Shown one piece after another: positions 1-10,500 of a stretch of DNA of 64,000 nucleotides (the stretch's first letter is position 1; every line of letters starts with the position of its first letter). Below the pieces are notes generated by a model that did not search any database, had not been told where the DNA came from, and saw nothing but the letters and a program-made list of their open reading frames with translations. The DNA is from a bacterium. GTDB taxonomy: Bacteria; AUK180. The stretch spans positions 10,941 to 74,940 of the forward strand of contig JAGLGN010000020.1 of NCBI GenBank assembly GCA_023144005.1, given 5' to 3'. The position numbers and the translations under genes were made by a program.

Positions 1-420
1 CCCGCAAATTTCTCGTCGTATCTCATAAAGAGCCCCCTTTATGTTTAAGTATAAAACTTTTAAGTGAATAAATCAAACTTCACTATATTTATATTTTCTA
101 CCATAAACGACTTTAATGCTGGAGAAGTACTATAACTTCGCCAACATTGGGGGTGATCGACCCTCACTCTATTTGAATGCTTCCATGACATTCAAAGAGC
201 ACTGGCTTTGTTGCATATACATTTCTTCCAATAAGGAAGGTATATCAGTGATCATCCCTGAGTGCGCCGAAAAAGAACGGTTTCTTATCTCTATCCGGGG
301 TCGAGCTGCTCTTGAAGAATTTACCGCCTTCAAGAGACCTCTTTCTCAGATAGCAGGCCAAAGTAAATAAAAAGAAATGGAAAAAGGTCAATACCAAAAG
401 GATACTGATCTCGTACACAG

Positions 421-1215
421 CTATTTCCCTATACCGAAAAAATTCAATACACGCTTCATGCGGGATTTCCTGACATTTTTATATGGAAAAGGATAGATGA
501 TCTCACCCGCAAGCATCCTTTTTGGGTATGTTTCAAGGATGATATCTTTCAATTCGGGATTTACACAATCCTCAAATACCTCAAGCGCATCTTTGATATA
601 ATTGCCTCTCTTCCCGTCACAGTGACAATCCGTCCCGATGAAATGTATCATATCCGATTGCAGCAGATGCTTTGCCGTATGCTGTATCCTTCCGCCGAAT
701 TGCCCGGCAAGACTGCCGAGGTTCATCTGCGTAAGGACATCCAGATCAATATAAGTTTTCAATATTTCGGGATTCTCACATATCTTGGTATTCCTCTCCG
801 GATGAGCCCAGATAAGCATGTATCCATTGTGCTGAAGGACCTTTATCATTTCCTCGAGATTAGGCAGAATAAATGAAAAATCCGTTTCAAATAATATGTA
901 TCTGCCATTATTGTTCATGGTCAGAACCTTCTTCTGCAGTATCAGGTCTAGCGTTTCCTCTGAAAGGTAAACCTCGGTTCCCGGGAAAAATTCCATCGAA
1001 TCCTGAAAGTATTTCTTCATATAAGAAGCGATCTCTTTGGTCAATTTAAGTGTTTTTTCAGGTGATGTTTCAAAAAAACCAGGATAAAAATGCGGCGTAA
1101 GGACCACGCCTTTGAAACCCAATTGCTTAAAAGTTTTCAGGTATTTAAAGCTCTCGCCCAGACTCTTAGACCCATCATCAATACCGGGAATAATGTGGGA
1201 ATGAATGTCTATCAT
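421..1215 (-). CDS. CpsB/CapC (YwqE)-family PHP-domain protein-tyrosine phosphatase
   Basis: N-terminal MIDIHSHIIPGIDDG, followed by LTPHF and AHPER metal-binding motifs typical of PHP-fold CpsB phosphatases. Its start overlaps the rnfB stop by 4 nt. Confidence 0.7.
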   Translation of the reverse strand: MIDIHSHIIPGIDDGSKSLGESFKYLKTFKQLGFKGVVLTPHFYPGFFETSPEKTLKLTKEIASYMKKYFQDSMEFFPGTEVYLSEETLDLILQKKVLTMNNNGRYILFETDFSFILPNLEEMIKVLQHNGYMLIWAHPERNTKICENPEILKTYIDLDVLTQMNLGSLAGQFGGRIQHTAKHLLQSDMIHFIGTDCHCDGKRGNYIKDALEVFEDCVNPELKDIILETYPKRMLAGEIIYPFPYKNVRKSRMKRVLNFFGIGK

Positions 1216-2273
1216 CTCTTCACATACTCTTTATTTGTCCTATTATACTTCTTATCCTTATAAAATTCAATTGTTTTCGGCCTTTCTTTCACAAGGTCGA
1301 TGGCATCGAAACGGCATACATCATAACATTTCAGACAGCCGATGCACTGCTCTTCCTTTATCACATGCTTTTCTTTGGGTTTACCCCCGATTATAGCATC
1401 TACCGGACATTTCCTGTAACAAAGGGTACAGCCGTTACATTTCTCCTCATTGATCACCGGGATCTTTCTCTCTTGTGACCTTTTATCCGTGATACTGTTC
1501 TTGGGACAGACCTGAGCGCATATTCCGCAATCGACACATTCCTCATAATGCATTATCGCCAGATTGTCTTCCATTGTGATCGCGCCGTCGATCGGGCATG
1601 CTCGGAAACACATCGAACAGGAGATACAGCCGACCTTACATTCCTTCATCACATCCTTGGCGGGCTCATGATTGACACAGCGGATCAGGACCTCTTTACC
1701 CAATGGCTGAAGTATCAATACATTCTGAGGACAGGCGACAATACATTTTCCACAGGCCGTACACTTCTGCTCATCCACCTCGGGAAGGCCGTTTTCCATG
1801 ATATGAATGGCATCGAACGGGCAGACATCTTCGCAGTCACCGTAACCGAAGCACCCGTAAGAACATGATTTATCGCCACCGCCGACAAGTTTAACCTCTG
1901 CGCACGACTTAACACCCGTATATTCTGACCTGCGTGGTGCGAGTTCGCGATCTCCCTGACATATAAGATACGCGATCCTGCGGGTCTTTTGTTTACCGGC
2001 TTTCTTGCCCATGACCTCGCTTAGAGCAGCAATAGCGTCCTTACCTCCGGGAGTACATTTATCGATTTCCTCTCCCTTGATAACTGCTTCCGCATAGGCG
2101 GCGCATCCGGGATATCCGCACGCTCCGCAATTGGCTCCCGGAAGGGACTCCTCTATCTTCGCGATGCGGGGGTCTTCCTTTACATAAAATACCTTGTTCG
2201 CGACACCGAGAGCAATTCCGAAGAGCACTCCCAGCGAAACAAGTACCACTATGGATATTAGTATAAGTGTCAT
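1212..2273 (-). CDS. rnfB: Rnf electron-transport complex subunit B (poly-ferredoxin)
   Basis: N-terminal membrane anchor plus the CGACGYPGC Fe-S motif characteristic of RnfB. Multiple CxxCxxCxxxCP 4Fe-4S ferredoxin motifs follow. It is the last gene of the rnfCDGEAB order. Confidence 0.85.
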   Translation of the reverse strand: MTLILISIVVLVSLGVLFGIALGVANKVFYVKEDPRIAKIEESLPGANCGACGYPGCAAYAEAVIKGEEIDKCTPGGKDAIAALSEVMGKKAGKQKTRRIAYLICQGDRELAPRRSEYTGVKSCAEVKLVGGGDKSCSYGCFGYGDCEDVCPFDAIHIMENGLPEVDEQKCTACGKCIVACPQNVLILQPLGKEVLIRCVNHEPAKDVMKECKVGCISCSMCFRACPIDGAITMEDNLAIMHYEECVDCGICAQVCPKNSITDKRSQERKIPVINEEKCNGCTLCYRKCPVDAIIGGKPKEKHVIKEEQCIGCLKCYDVCRFDAIDLVKERPKTIEFYKDKKYNRTNKEYVKR

Positions 2274-2276
2274 TTT

Positions 2277-2879
2277 CTACTCCGCGATCAGACCGGAAAA
2301 ACCGGTGAAGGACAGCGACATAAGCGCCGCGACTATCAGAGCGATGGCAATGCCCTTGAATACCTTAGGCACCTTCGCCGACTCAAGCCTTTCACGAATG
2401 CTCGCCATCATCAAGAGCGCTAATGTAAAACCGACTCCAGCGGAAATACCGAATACGATCGATTCTATCAGATTGTAATCGTTCTTGATATTCAGCAAAG
2501 TCACGCCGAGTATCGCGCAATTGGTCGTAATAAGCGGAAGATAGATACCCAATGCCTTATAAAGGTCCGGCATCGCTTTTTTCATAACTATCTCAACGAA
2601 TTGCACCAATGCGGCTATGGTAAGAATGAAAGCAATGGTCTGAAGAATATCTGTGAGATCATACTTCCCGGATGGCGGGGCAAGCAGAAAATGCTGAACT
2701 ATCCAGGTAATGAAGGAAGCAAGCGTCATAACAAATATTACGGCAATTCCCATTCCCAAAGCTGAATCCCACTTCTTTGAAACACCAAGATACGGACAAA
2801 TACCAAGGAATCTGGCCAGAACAAAGTTGTTCACAAAAATTGCGGATATGGCGATAACGAATAATCTTCCAAAATCCAT
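2277..2879 (-). CDS. rnfA: Rnf complex subunit A (RnfA/NqrE-type integral membrane protein)
   Basis: 200-aa polytopic membrane protein. Paralogous to the adjacent RnfE-like ORF and in the fifth position of the operon. Confidence 0.8.
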   Translation of the reverse strand: MDFGRLFVIAISAIFVNNFVLARFLGICPYLGVSKKWDSALGMGIAVIFVMTLASFITWIVQHFLLAPPSGKYDLTDILQTIAFILTIAALVQFVEIVMKKAMPDLYKALGIYLPLITTNCAILGVTLLNIKNDYNLIESIVFGISAGVGFTLALLMMASIRERLESAKVPKVFKGIAIALIVAALMSLSFTGFSGLIAE

Positions 2880-3479
2880 TTATGCCTCCTTTTTCCTTGA
2901 TGAGATCCAATTGAAAAATGCCAGAAGAACTCCCATGGTAAAGAAGCCCCCAGGTGAAAGAATGAAGAACAACATGGGTTTATAGCTCTGCGGCAGAACA
3001 AGATATCCGAAGAAGGTGTTCGAGCCGAGAATTTCTCTGACACCGCCGATCAATGTGAGAGCAAGTGTAAATCCGATACCCATCGCTATGCCATCAACCG
3101 CAGCAAGGAAGGTGTTATTCTTGCTGGCAAAGGCCTCTGCGCGGCCCATAATGATACAGTTGACAACTATGAGCGGAATAAACAGGCCCAGACTCTTGTT
3201 GAGTTCGGGAAGAAATCCAGCCATAACAAATTGAACGATAGTAACAAATGTCGCTATTACAACGATGAACGCTGGTATGCGCACCTTCGCGGGAATGAAT
3301 CCCTTGATCATTGAAACGATGACATTCGACATGACAAGAACAAATGTTGTGGCAAGCCCCATACCGATGGCATTATTTGCCGAAGTAGTTACAGCAAGCG
3401 TGGGACAAAGTCCCAGCAGCAGACGGAAAACCGGGTTTTCCGATAATATTCCATTCTGTATTATCTTTAAGACCTTCAT
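2880..3479 (-). CDS. rnfE: Rnf complex subunit E (RnfE/NqrD-type membrane protein)
   Basis: 199-aa polytopic membrane protein carrying the LLLGLCPTLAVTT motif of the RnfE/NqrD family. Sits between rnfG and rnfA. Confidence 0.8.
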   Translation of the reverse strand: MKVLKIIQNGILSENPVFRLLLGLCPTLAVTTSANNAIGMGLATTFVLVMSNVIVSMIKGFIPAKVRIPAFIVVIATFVTIVQFVMAGFLPELNKSLGLFIPLIVVNCIIMGRAEAFASKNNTFLAAVDGIAMGIGFTLALTLIGGVREILGSNTFFGYLVLPQSYKPMLFFILSPGGFFTMGVLLAFFNWISSRKKEA

Positions 3480-4093
3480 TTGCTTCCCTCCCTTTCGAGA
3501 AGTTTCCCGATACCGGCCTTAATTGCGTCCACCGCGGCCTGAGAGGAGATCGTAGCGCCGGTCAGCGTTTCGATCTCTCCACTCCCCTCCTTGGGGGGTT
3601 CTTTTACTACTCTTAATTCACCATAGGATTTCCCGAAGAACTGCTCCTGGAAAAAGGGAATAGGTGAAACAGCTTCTCTCTTTTTGCCTGTTATAAAATC
3701 CCATATGTATTTATTGGTCTGGACAACTTCCATATTCGCGCCCAATCCCGGGGTTTCCGCCTGGTCGATGACCTTTATCTTAATGATCCGGCCGTCTTCG
3801 GTGCATCCCGCGATGATCTTAATAGTGCTGGAAAAACCGGGTGCCTCACAGAGAACGGCGTATCCGGAAAAAACACCTTTATCATCAGTGCCCTTCCAGT
3901 ATTTCAGGCCGTCTTCTTCAAATTTCTCGATCTCAGCGGGATCATCGAGAACGAAATTAATAGCGTCATTCTCCGCCGCTTTTTTCTGTGCTTCTATCTT
4001 ATCCTGTACCTTGGAATAAAGAAATGACAGCACAAAGGCGGAGATCAGTGTTACCAAAAGCAAAGTGATCACAAATTTCATGGTATCTTTCAT
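3476..4093 (-). CDS. rnfG: Rnf complex subunit G (FMN-binding)
   Basis: N-terminal TM anchor and an FMN-binding domain with the conserved TGATISS flavin-attachment motif. 4-nt overlaps with rnfD and rnfE. Confidence 0.8.
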   Translation of the reverse strand: MKDTMKFVITLLLVTLISAFVLSFLYSKVQDKIEAQKKAAENDAINFVLDDPAEIEKFEEDGLKYWKGTDDKGVFSGYAVLCEAPGFSSTIKIIAGCTEDGRIIKIKVIDQAETPGLGANMEVVQTNKYIWDFITGKKREAVSPIPFFQEQFFGKSYGELRVVKEPPKEGSGEIETLTGATISSQAAVDAIKAGIGKLLEREGSK

Positions 4094-5166
4094 TTGCTCA
4101 CCTCCTTCACATAACCAAAGGGTTTGGGTTTCGTAAATCTATCAATTATAGGAACGAACGCATTCATTATCAAAATGGAATAGCAGACGCCCTCGGGGTA
4201 TCCGCCGTATCTTCTTATCATTACCACAAGCACACCTGCAAGAAATGCGTATATCATCTTGCCATTGCTGTACATCGGGGATGTAACGAGGTCTGTCGCC
4301 ATAAAGAAAGCGCCGAGAAATACACCGCCGGCAAAAATACTAAAGAGGAAACTCCCATCCATCAGTCCTTTTCCGCCGAAAACCCAGCTTAAAAGACCTA
4401 TTGTGAGAATATACACAACGGGAATATGCCAAGTAATGATCTTCTTCCAAAGAAGGTAAAGGCCGCCTATAAGCAGAAGCAATGCGGATATTTCACCCAG
4501 GGAACCGCCGATATTTCCAAGAAAGAGATCCAGTATGCTTTCCTTTGAAGATAGCGCACCCGTCACGGCATCCAATTGAGCGCCGTCGATAACTCCCTGA
4601 GTATTGAGACTGAAGGCCTGACCCAAAGCACCCAGCGGGGTCGCGCTTGTGATCGTATCAACGGCTTCCGCTGGAATAGTAGAGGTCAGGGTACCCGCGG
4701 CTTCCGCGGAAATTGACGAAAGAGCGCCGACCGTGGGCTCTTTCCATGTAATGACGGCAACAGGCCATGAAGCCGCCAGAAAAGCCCGGCCTATAAGCGC
4801 GGGGTTGAATGGATTGTATCCCAGTCCCCCGAATACCGCTTTTCCGAAGCCGATAGCAAAAAACGCACCTACGATCAGGAAGATTATCGGCATTCCCGGA
4901 GGCAATGTCATTGACATCAAAAGTCCGGTCAAAAAAGCCGAACCGTCCCAGAGACGGATCTTCTGTTTAAACAATTTAGCAAAAAGCCATTCTGCGAGAA
5001 CAGCAGCGGTAATGGCGACGAGCATCGAAATGAACGCATCCATTCCAAATCTGAGGATCGCCCAGACAGCTGCAGGAAGAAGGGCAAGATTAACATTCCA
5101 CATGACCTTTTTGACAGAATCCCGGGAGAATACATGAGGAGAGGTCGACATATAGAACTTTTTCAT
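4090..5166 (-). CDS. rnfD: Rnf complex subunit D (RnfD/NqrB-type membrane protein)
   Basis: 358-aa polytopic membrane protein of the NqrB/RnfD family. In the second position of the operon. Confidence 0.85.
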   Translation of the reverse strand: MKKFYMSTSPHVFSRDSVKKVMWNVNLALLPAAVWAILRFGMDAFISMLVAITAAVLAEWLFAKLFKQKIRLWDGSAFLTGLLMSMTLPPGMPIIFLIVGAFFAIGFGKAVFGGLGYNPFNPALIGRAFLAASWPVAVITWKEPTVGALSSISAEAAGTLTSTIPAEAVDTITSATPLGALGQAFSLNTQGVIDGAQLDAVTGALSSKESILDLFLGNIGGSLGEISALLLLIGGLYLLWKKIITWHIPVVYILTIGLLSWVFGGKGLMDGSFLFSIFAGGVFLGAFFMATDLVTSPMYSNGKMIYAFLAGVLVVMIRRYGGYPEGVCYSILIMNAFVPIIDRFTKPKPFGYVKEVSK

Positions 5167-6482
5167 TTGGCCGCCTCCTTTCTTCTCTGCTCAGTGATCT
5201 TTGCTTTTTCCGCCTTTATGAATTGTATCATCGGGCGTTTGGAAGGGCATGTATAAACGCAGGAGCCGCATTCTATGCAGTCCATCACATTCCATTGCTC
5301 TGCCTCTGTGTACAGTTTCTGCTCGCCCAATTCAATGTATTTGTATGGCGAGAGGTACATGGGACATACATCGATACATTTACCGCATCTTATACATACA
5401 TCGTAATCTTCCTTCATCACCTCATTTTCAGTTAGGACCAAGATCCCTGAAGTACCTTTATTTACTGCGATCTTCAGATTATCGACTGAGAATCCCATCA
5501 TCGGGCCTCCCATTATGACCTTCGCCGCGTCATCTGTCAATCCGCCTGCCTGTTCGATGGCGAATTCTAATGTGGCGCCGACCGGGAAAATAAAATTGCC
5601 GGGCTCTTTGACACCGTTTCCGGTTACGGTCACTACCCTTTCAAACAGGGGCTTCCCTTCCGAAAAGAGTTCATCCACAGCAGCGGCAGTACCGGAATTC
5701 TGAACAACGACTCCGACATCCATCGGGAGTCCGCCGGCGGGAACCACACGTTTCAAGATCGCGTATATAAGCTGTTTTTCAGCACCCTGGGGATATTTGG
5801 TCTGAAGTAAAGAAACTTCCATGTCATCCCTGTCTTTCAAGAGCTCCGAAAATATACCGTGAACATCTTTCTTATTGGCTTCAATACCAATATAGCCCTT
5901 CTTGGCGGAAACAGCTTTCATAAATATTTCAAGGCCCGCGACTACTTTTTCAGGGGTTTCCAGCATAAGCCGGTAATCACTTGTAAGATAGGGTTCGCAT
6001 TCCGCCCCGTTTATGATAATGGTATCTATCGGTTTATCCGCTGGCGGAGAAAGTTTCACATGGGTCGGGAAGGTGGCGCCGCCCATTCCCACGATACCGC
6101 CGGCAAGAATACCGGGTACGATCGTTTCAACTGCGGATGGTTTCACCGGGTCAAGATAGGCCTTTTCATTCTTTCCGTCATTCTCTATTACAACCGTCTG
6201 CACCTTTGTTCCGAATACGGTGGGATGATCTATTACCGCTTTCACAATGCCCGATACAGGAGAATGGATATTTGTGGAAACAAATCCGCCTTTTTCTCCG
6301 ATCAGCGATCCTGCTTTCACCTCATCTCCCTTGTTTACGACGCATTTTGCCGGTGCTCCTATGTGCTGACTCATAGGCACATATAGCTCCTTTGGTGCTT
6401 CAATGCGCCGGATCTTTTTTTCCTTTGCCAGGAATTTCATATCCGGGGGATGTATTCCCTTTTTAAAAGTTAAGAGTCCCAT
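5163..6482 (-). CDS. rnfC: Rnf complex subunit C (NADH-binding, 2x[4Fe-4S])
   Basis: 439 aa. N-terminal RnfC barrel-sandwich region, a glycine-rich NADH-binding region (GGATFPTHVK), and two C-terminal ferredoxin motifs (CIRCGKCIDVCP and CIECGSCVYTCP). First gene of the operon. Confidence 0.85.
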   Translation of the reverse strand: MGLLTFKKGIHPPDMKFLAKEKKIRRIEAPKELYVPMSQHIGAPAKCVVNKGDEVKAGSLIGEKGGFVSTNIHSPVSGIVKAVIDHPTVFGTKVQTVVIENDGKNEKAYLDPVKPSAVETIVPGILAGGIVGMGGATFPTHVKLSPPADKPIDTIIINGAECEPYLTSDYRLMLETPEKVVAGLEIFMKAVSAKKGYIGIEANKKDVHGIFSELLKDRDDMEVSLLQTKYPQGAEKQLIYAILKRVVPAGGLPMDVGVVVQNSGTAAAVDELFSEGKPLFERVVTVTGNGVKEPGNFIFPVGATLEFAIEQAGGLTDDAAKVIMGGPMMGFSVDNLKIAVNKGTSGILVLTENEVMKEDYDVCIRCGKCIDVCPMYLSPYKYIELGEQKLYTEAEQWNVMDCIECGSCVYTCPSKRPMIQFIKAEKAKITEQRRKEAAK

Positions 6483-6525
6483 AAACGCTCCTTTTCCCTA
6501 TTAATATTTGAAAAATTACCGAATA

Positions 6526-6554
6526 ATTATAACCTATTAATATGGGAAAATCAA
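6526..6554 (-). promoter_or_regulatory. Candidate sigma70-type promoter of the rnf operon (-35 TTGATT, 17-nt spacer, -10 TATAAT)
   Basis: Read on the minus strand, ~40 nt upstream of the rnfC ATG. An AAGGAG RBS lies 8 nt before the start codon. Confidence 0.4.
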
Positions 6555-6821
6555 CAGATCAACTGCCTCAAATTGGGGACGGTGATTGCAAGAGTCGCAC
6601 CTTCACCAGCACTCTCCTCATACTGCCCCTTCATTGACACATTTAACACCTTTTTAAGTTTAACATTGAGATATTGCTCCATGTAGCTAATACCACCTTG
6701 TACTACATTCAATACCATACATATTCAAGCCAATATAATATGAATTATATCATCCTAAATCCAAATAATTTTAGGCCGTGCAACTTTCGCAACCTCCGTC
6801 CCTTTTTTCTCCCTATTACCT

Positions 6822-7526
6822 TCATATTCTTATTGCTCCTCTTACACCAAATTTAGTTCCTTGCCAAAAAGGTTCTATCACAAGCCTCTTGTATGAGAAA
6901 TAAAATGACATTTCCACTAATTGTTCGCCATAATAAGGAATCATAGGCACCAAATATCCAGAAAGAGAAATTCCAAAACAATCAAATATCAAATAACTAA
7001 CCTTTATAGATGTGAATACTAAGGGAAATGTAAAGCCCAAATGTATTTTTATATTTTGAAAATCGAAATTGAGATTGATCAATTCTGCTTGAATGTATTT
7101 AAGATCCATACTTCCATCATCGAAATATTGACGAGAAGGGAAGTATCTCATTTTGTATCGTAATCCTAAAGAAATGATTCTATTGATATTCCAGGTAATC
7201 GATGGAGTGAATCCAAAAAAGTGATCTTCACCAGATTCTTGATAATTTTCATAAGAAAAATACTTGCCGTTCAATTCAAGTTTTAGATTGAGTTTCTGCT
7301 CTATATTATGTGATAGAGTAAGTGTTATATCGGTATATGACTTGAACTCGACATAGCCTCTTAACCCATTGTCTCTTAAATGTTCTTCGAAACCAACAAA
7401 ATCATATTCTGAATTATCTAAATATCCAAGATCTAATTGGATATCAATACAGGTTGAAGAAATTGCTAGTAGCAATAACAGAATAATTCCTACTTTCTTC
7501 ATAGTTCTCCTCCGTCCCCTTTTCAC
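6822..7526 (-). CDS. Hypothetical secreted/outer-membrane protein (predicted beta-barrel)
   Basis: Signal peptide MKKVGIILLLLLAISSTC. Alternating hydrophobic/aromatic dyads consistent with a small OM barrel. Directly downstream of the STAND cyclase gene. Confidence 0.45.
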   Translation of the reverse strand: MKRGRRRTMKKVGIILLLLLAISSTCIDIQLDLGYLDNSEYDFVGFEEHLRDNGLRGYVEFKSYTDITLTLSHNIEQKLNLKLELNGKYFSYENYQESGEDHFFGFTPSITWNINRIISLGLRYKMRYFPSRQYFDDGSMDLKYIQAELINLNFDFQNIKIHLGFTFPLVFTSIKVSYLIFDCFGISLSGYLVPMIPYYGEQLVEMSFYFSYKRLVIEPFWQGTKFGVRGAIRI

Positions 7527-7529
7527 TTT

Positions 7530-10500
7530 TCAGAGAGATAAATGCTTCAATGCGAGACGGTATCTATAGGCTGAATGAGCCTTGTTCAGCTTGGTATAAA
7601 TGCGTATAGCCGCCTTTCTGCTCTTGTCATCGGCAGCTATTTCCCAGATCAGCTTATAAACGCTTGCAAGGTCTTCCTGATCCGTAGTCTCGTCCAGAAA
7701 TTTTGTTGCTCTTTTTACAGCATCGGAGACCTTTCCCTGGGTGGCCTCCAGACGCAATCTCAGCATATTGATCTGGAATATCATTCCTGATTGAGAAAGC
7801 TCTTTCGCAATAGAGCCACCCTCATTAATATCTTTCAATACCTCGTCATACTTTTTCAGATGTATGAGGCTCTCCCCGCGATGGCAATAAAGCGTCGGCA
7901 GCACTCCCCTGGCTCCCGCAATAGTTGCCATTTCAACGGCCTTGTCACAATATGCCGCCGCCTTTGTAAACTCACCAGCCTCTTTGAAGAGATTAGCCAG
8001 ATTATCAAAGCTGATGATCTGCGCCATTTTATTGCCTATTTTCTTTGCGATGGATATTACCCTTAGAAAATGCTCTTTTGCGGCGGGAATGTCATCCGAC
8101 TCGATGCAGGCTATCCCGAGATTGCCGAGAGCATATGCGATCTGGCCCGGGTCTTTGAGCTTTTCCGCGATACGCAGTTTTTCCTTGAGATACCCCACTG
8201 CTTTCTCATAATTGCCCCTTTGGAGATTTATCACGCCAAGATTGCCTATGGATATGCTTTCACCGTTCAGATCACCCAATTCCTTGGCGACCGTATGATA
8301 TTTCTGAAATGACCGCTCCGCCTGATCCAATTGCCCAAGCTCCCAATAGGCATTGCCCAGATGACCGACCGCACTGCTGATCCTGGAACGGTCACCTATG
8401 CGCTTTGAGAACTTGAGTTGTTTTTTGAATTGCGTCATTGCACCTTGAATATCACCTTGATCTAAAAGGACCAGGCCAAGATTGCCGATCGCGGAAACAC
8501 TGCCTGACAGATCACCCGACCTCTCATCCAAATGGATCTTTCGGCTGAAATTCTTATGCGCTTTGTCCAGATCTCCCTTCTTATAGAACACCAGTCCCAG
8601 ATTTCCCAGAGCGGTTGAAATGACGGCCTTATTATTCAATTTCTTCGCAATATCATATTCCTTCTCATAGGAAATGATCGCTTGCGCGTATTTACCCTTC
8701 TTATAATGAATTATACCAAGATTGCCTTCTGCTACCGCCTCCGCTAAGGGATCCTTACCGGTTTTCGCGTTCTTTAAGACCTTTTCATAAAGCGTCTCCG
8801 CTCTATCATACTCCCCCTTTGCTCGCAGCAGAGAACCTAGGTCGCTTCTCGCTTTATCGATAATCAAGAGTACATCATGTTTTTCTGCCAGCAAAAGGTT
8901 ATCCTCAAAGATCTCTTGCGCTCTTTTCCAATGTCCAAGTGTCTGATTGATATCACCTATCTTGGAGCGGATACCCAATTCTTCCCCGCGGTCTGCGACA
9001 AGCGGCAGAAGGTCGGAATAATGACCGAGCGCATCCTCGTTCTTGTATTTTGAAAGCGCATCATCAGCGGCCAGCAGTAAATACTTACGCGCCTTATTAT
9101 CATCTTCTCCCCTTTGATAGTGAAAAGCAAGAACAGAGTAGTATTCAGGCAGACGGGCTTTGTACTTTCTCTCAATGGAATGAGCGGCGAGCAGATGAAG
9201 CTGCTTCAAGGTTTTTTTCAATTGCATTTGATAGGCGGCATCACGGAAAAGAATGGACCTGAAAATGTAATTCAATTCATTAAGTGGCACCCATATACCG
9301 TACTGTTCGCCTCGTTCAAGGGAATCATCGTCAAATTCACCCCTGAGCATCAGAGAGAGTATATCCACCGGGAATTCTCTTCCCAATACAGCGGCGGTAT
9401 GCACCATATGTCTTATCTCATGCTCCAGGCGGTCCATTCGGGAAATAAGGATTGAGCTTATCTTATCGGGGATCTCAAGGTTTTTCTGCTTCAGGTACCA
9501 TACACTGCCGCGTTTTTCGATCGCATCAGTTTCCTGAATAAAGAGCGCGGTTTGCTCAAAGTAAAATGTATTTCCGGAGCTTCTTTCCTTAATCGATTTA
9601 AAGAGACGGTCGTCAACCTTTCCGCCGAGGCGGTCTTCCACTATTTTTCGGGCTTGAGACGCAGGCAAGCTTTCAAGAGACATCCGCTCGACCTGAGTAT
9701 CTCCCAGGTCAAAATCCATTGCCTGACCCTTCTCATCATACCTGCATTCCGAAATAACTCCCAGGGAGTTCTTTTGAGATGCCCTGAAAAGTTCTTTAAA
9801 GAAGTTCACAGTATCGGAATCTACCCATTGCCCGTCATCTAACTCTATAATGAGCGGCCTCATCCAGCTTATCGCCCTGAAGAGGCATTTCAAACCCGTA
9901 ATTGTGTTTTCACGGCGCGCTTTCGCGTCAATCTTCTCATAAAGCGTGCCTTTTGTGCTGATACCCAATAATGCGGCGACGAAGCTCTTTGTCCTTATCA
10001 GCTCTCTTCTCAATTCACCATCTTTTATTGAATCCGCGATCTGATGGAAGCGGTTTGAAAAATTACGGCCGGACGCGGCGGATGAGAGCGAACTCCTCAA
10101 GGAAAAATAATCCTTCAACCCGGATATGATCGGATTGTACCCATCTCTTATCATCTCATCGCACGGCATCTTGATCCACTGAATACCCTCTCCGTTCAAT
10201 TGCCTGAATCGATGGACTAAACGGCTCTTTCCTAAGCCGCCGGCGCCGTCCACATATAAGAAGCCCGGATCACTTCCTTCAATGACCCGTTTAAGCCATT
10301 GCTCCAATTGTTGAAGATGTGTCTCCCGGCCAAAGAAATTTCCCAGGAACGATCTGTCGGATGAAACCTTTTTCTCGAGTATCCGGCGAACCGTAACAGG
10401 CTCTGAAAACCCCTTGAATACGGTTTTACCCAGATCATCGGTAGAAAATTCTCCCTCGGATCTGCTATAGGCGTTTTCTCCGATCAGTATTTCACCGGCC

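Noticed and set aside
116-370. 84-aa plus-strand ORF and a 9-bp stem hairpin (CTCTTGAAG...CTTCAAGAG at 308-335) downstream of the rnf/PHP operon
   Set aside because: The ORF has no recognisable domain or RBS. The hairpin is not followed by a clean T-run on either strand, so neither a gene nor a terminator can be supported.
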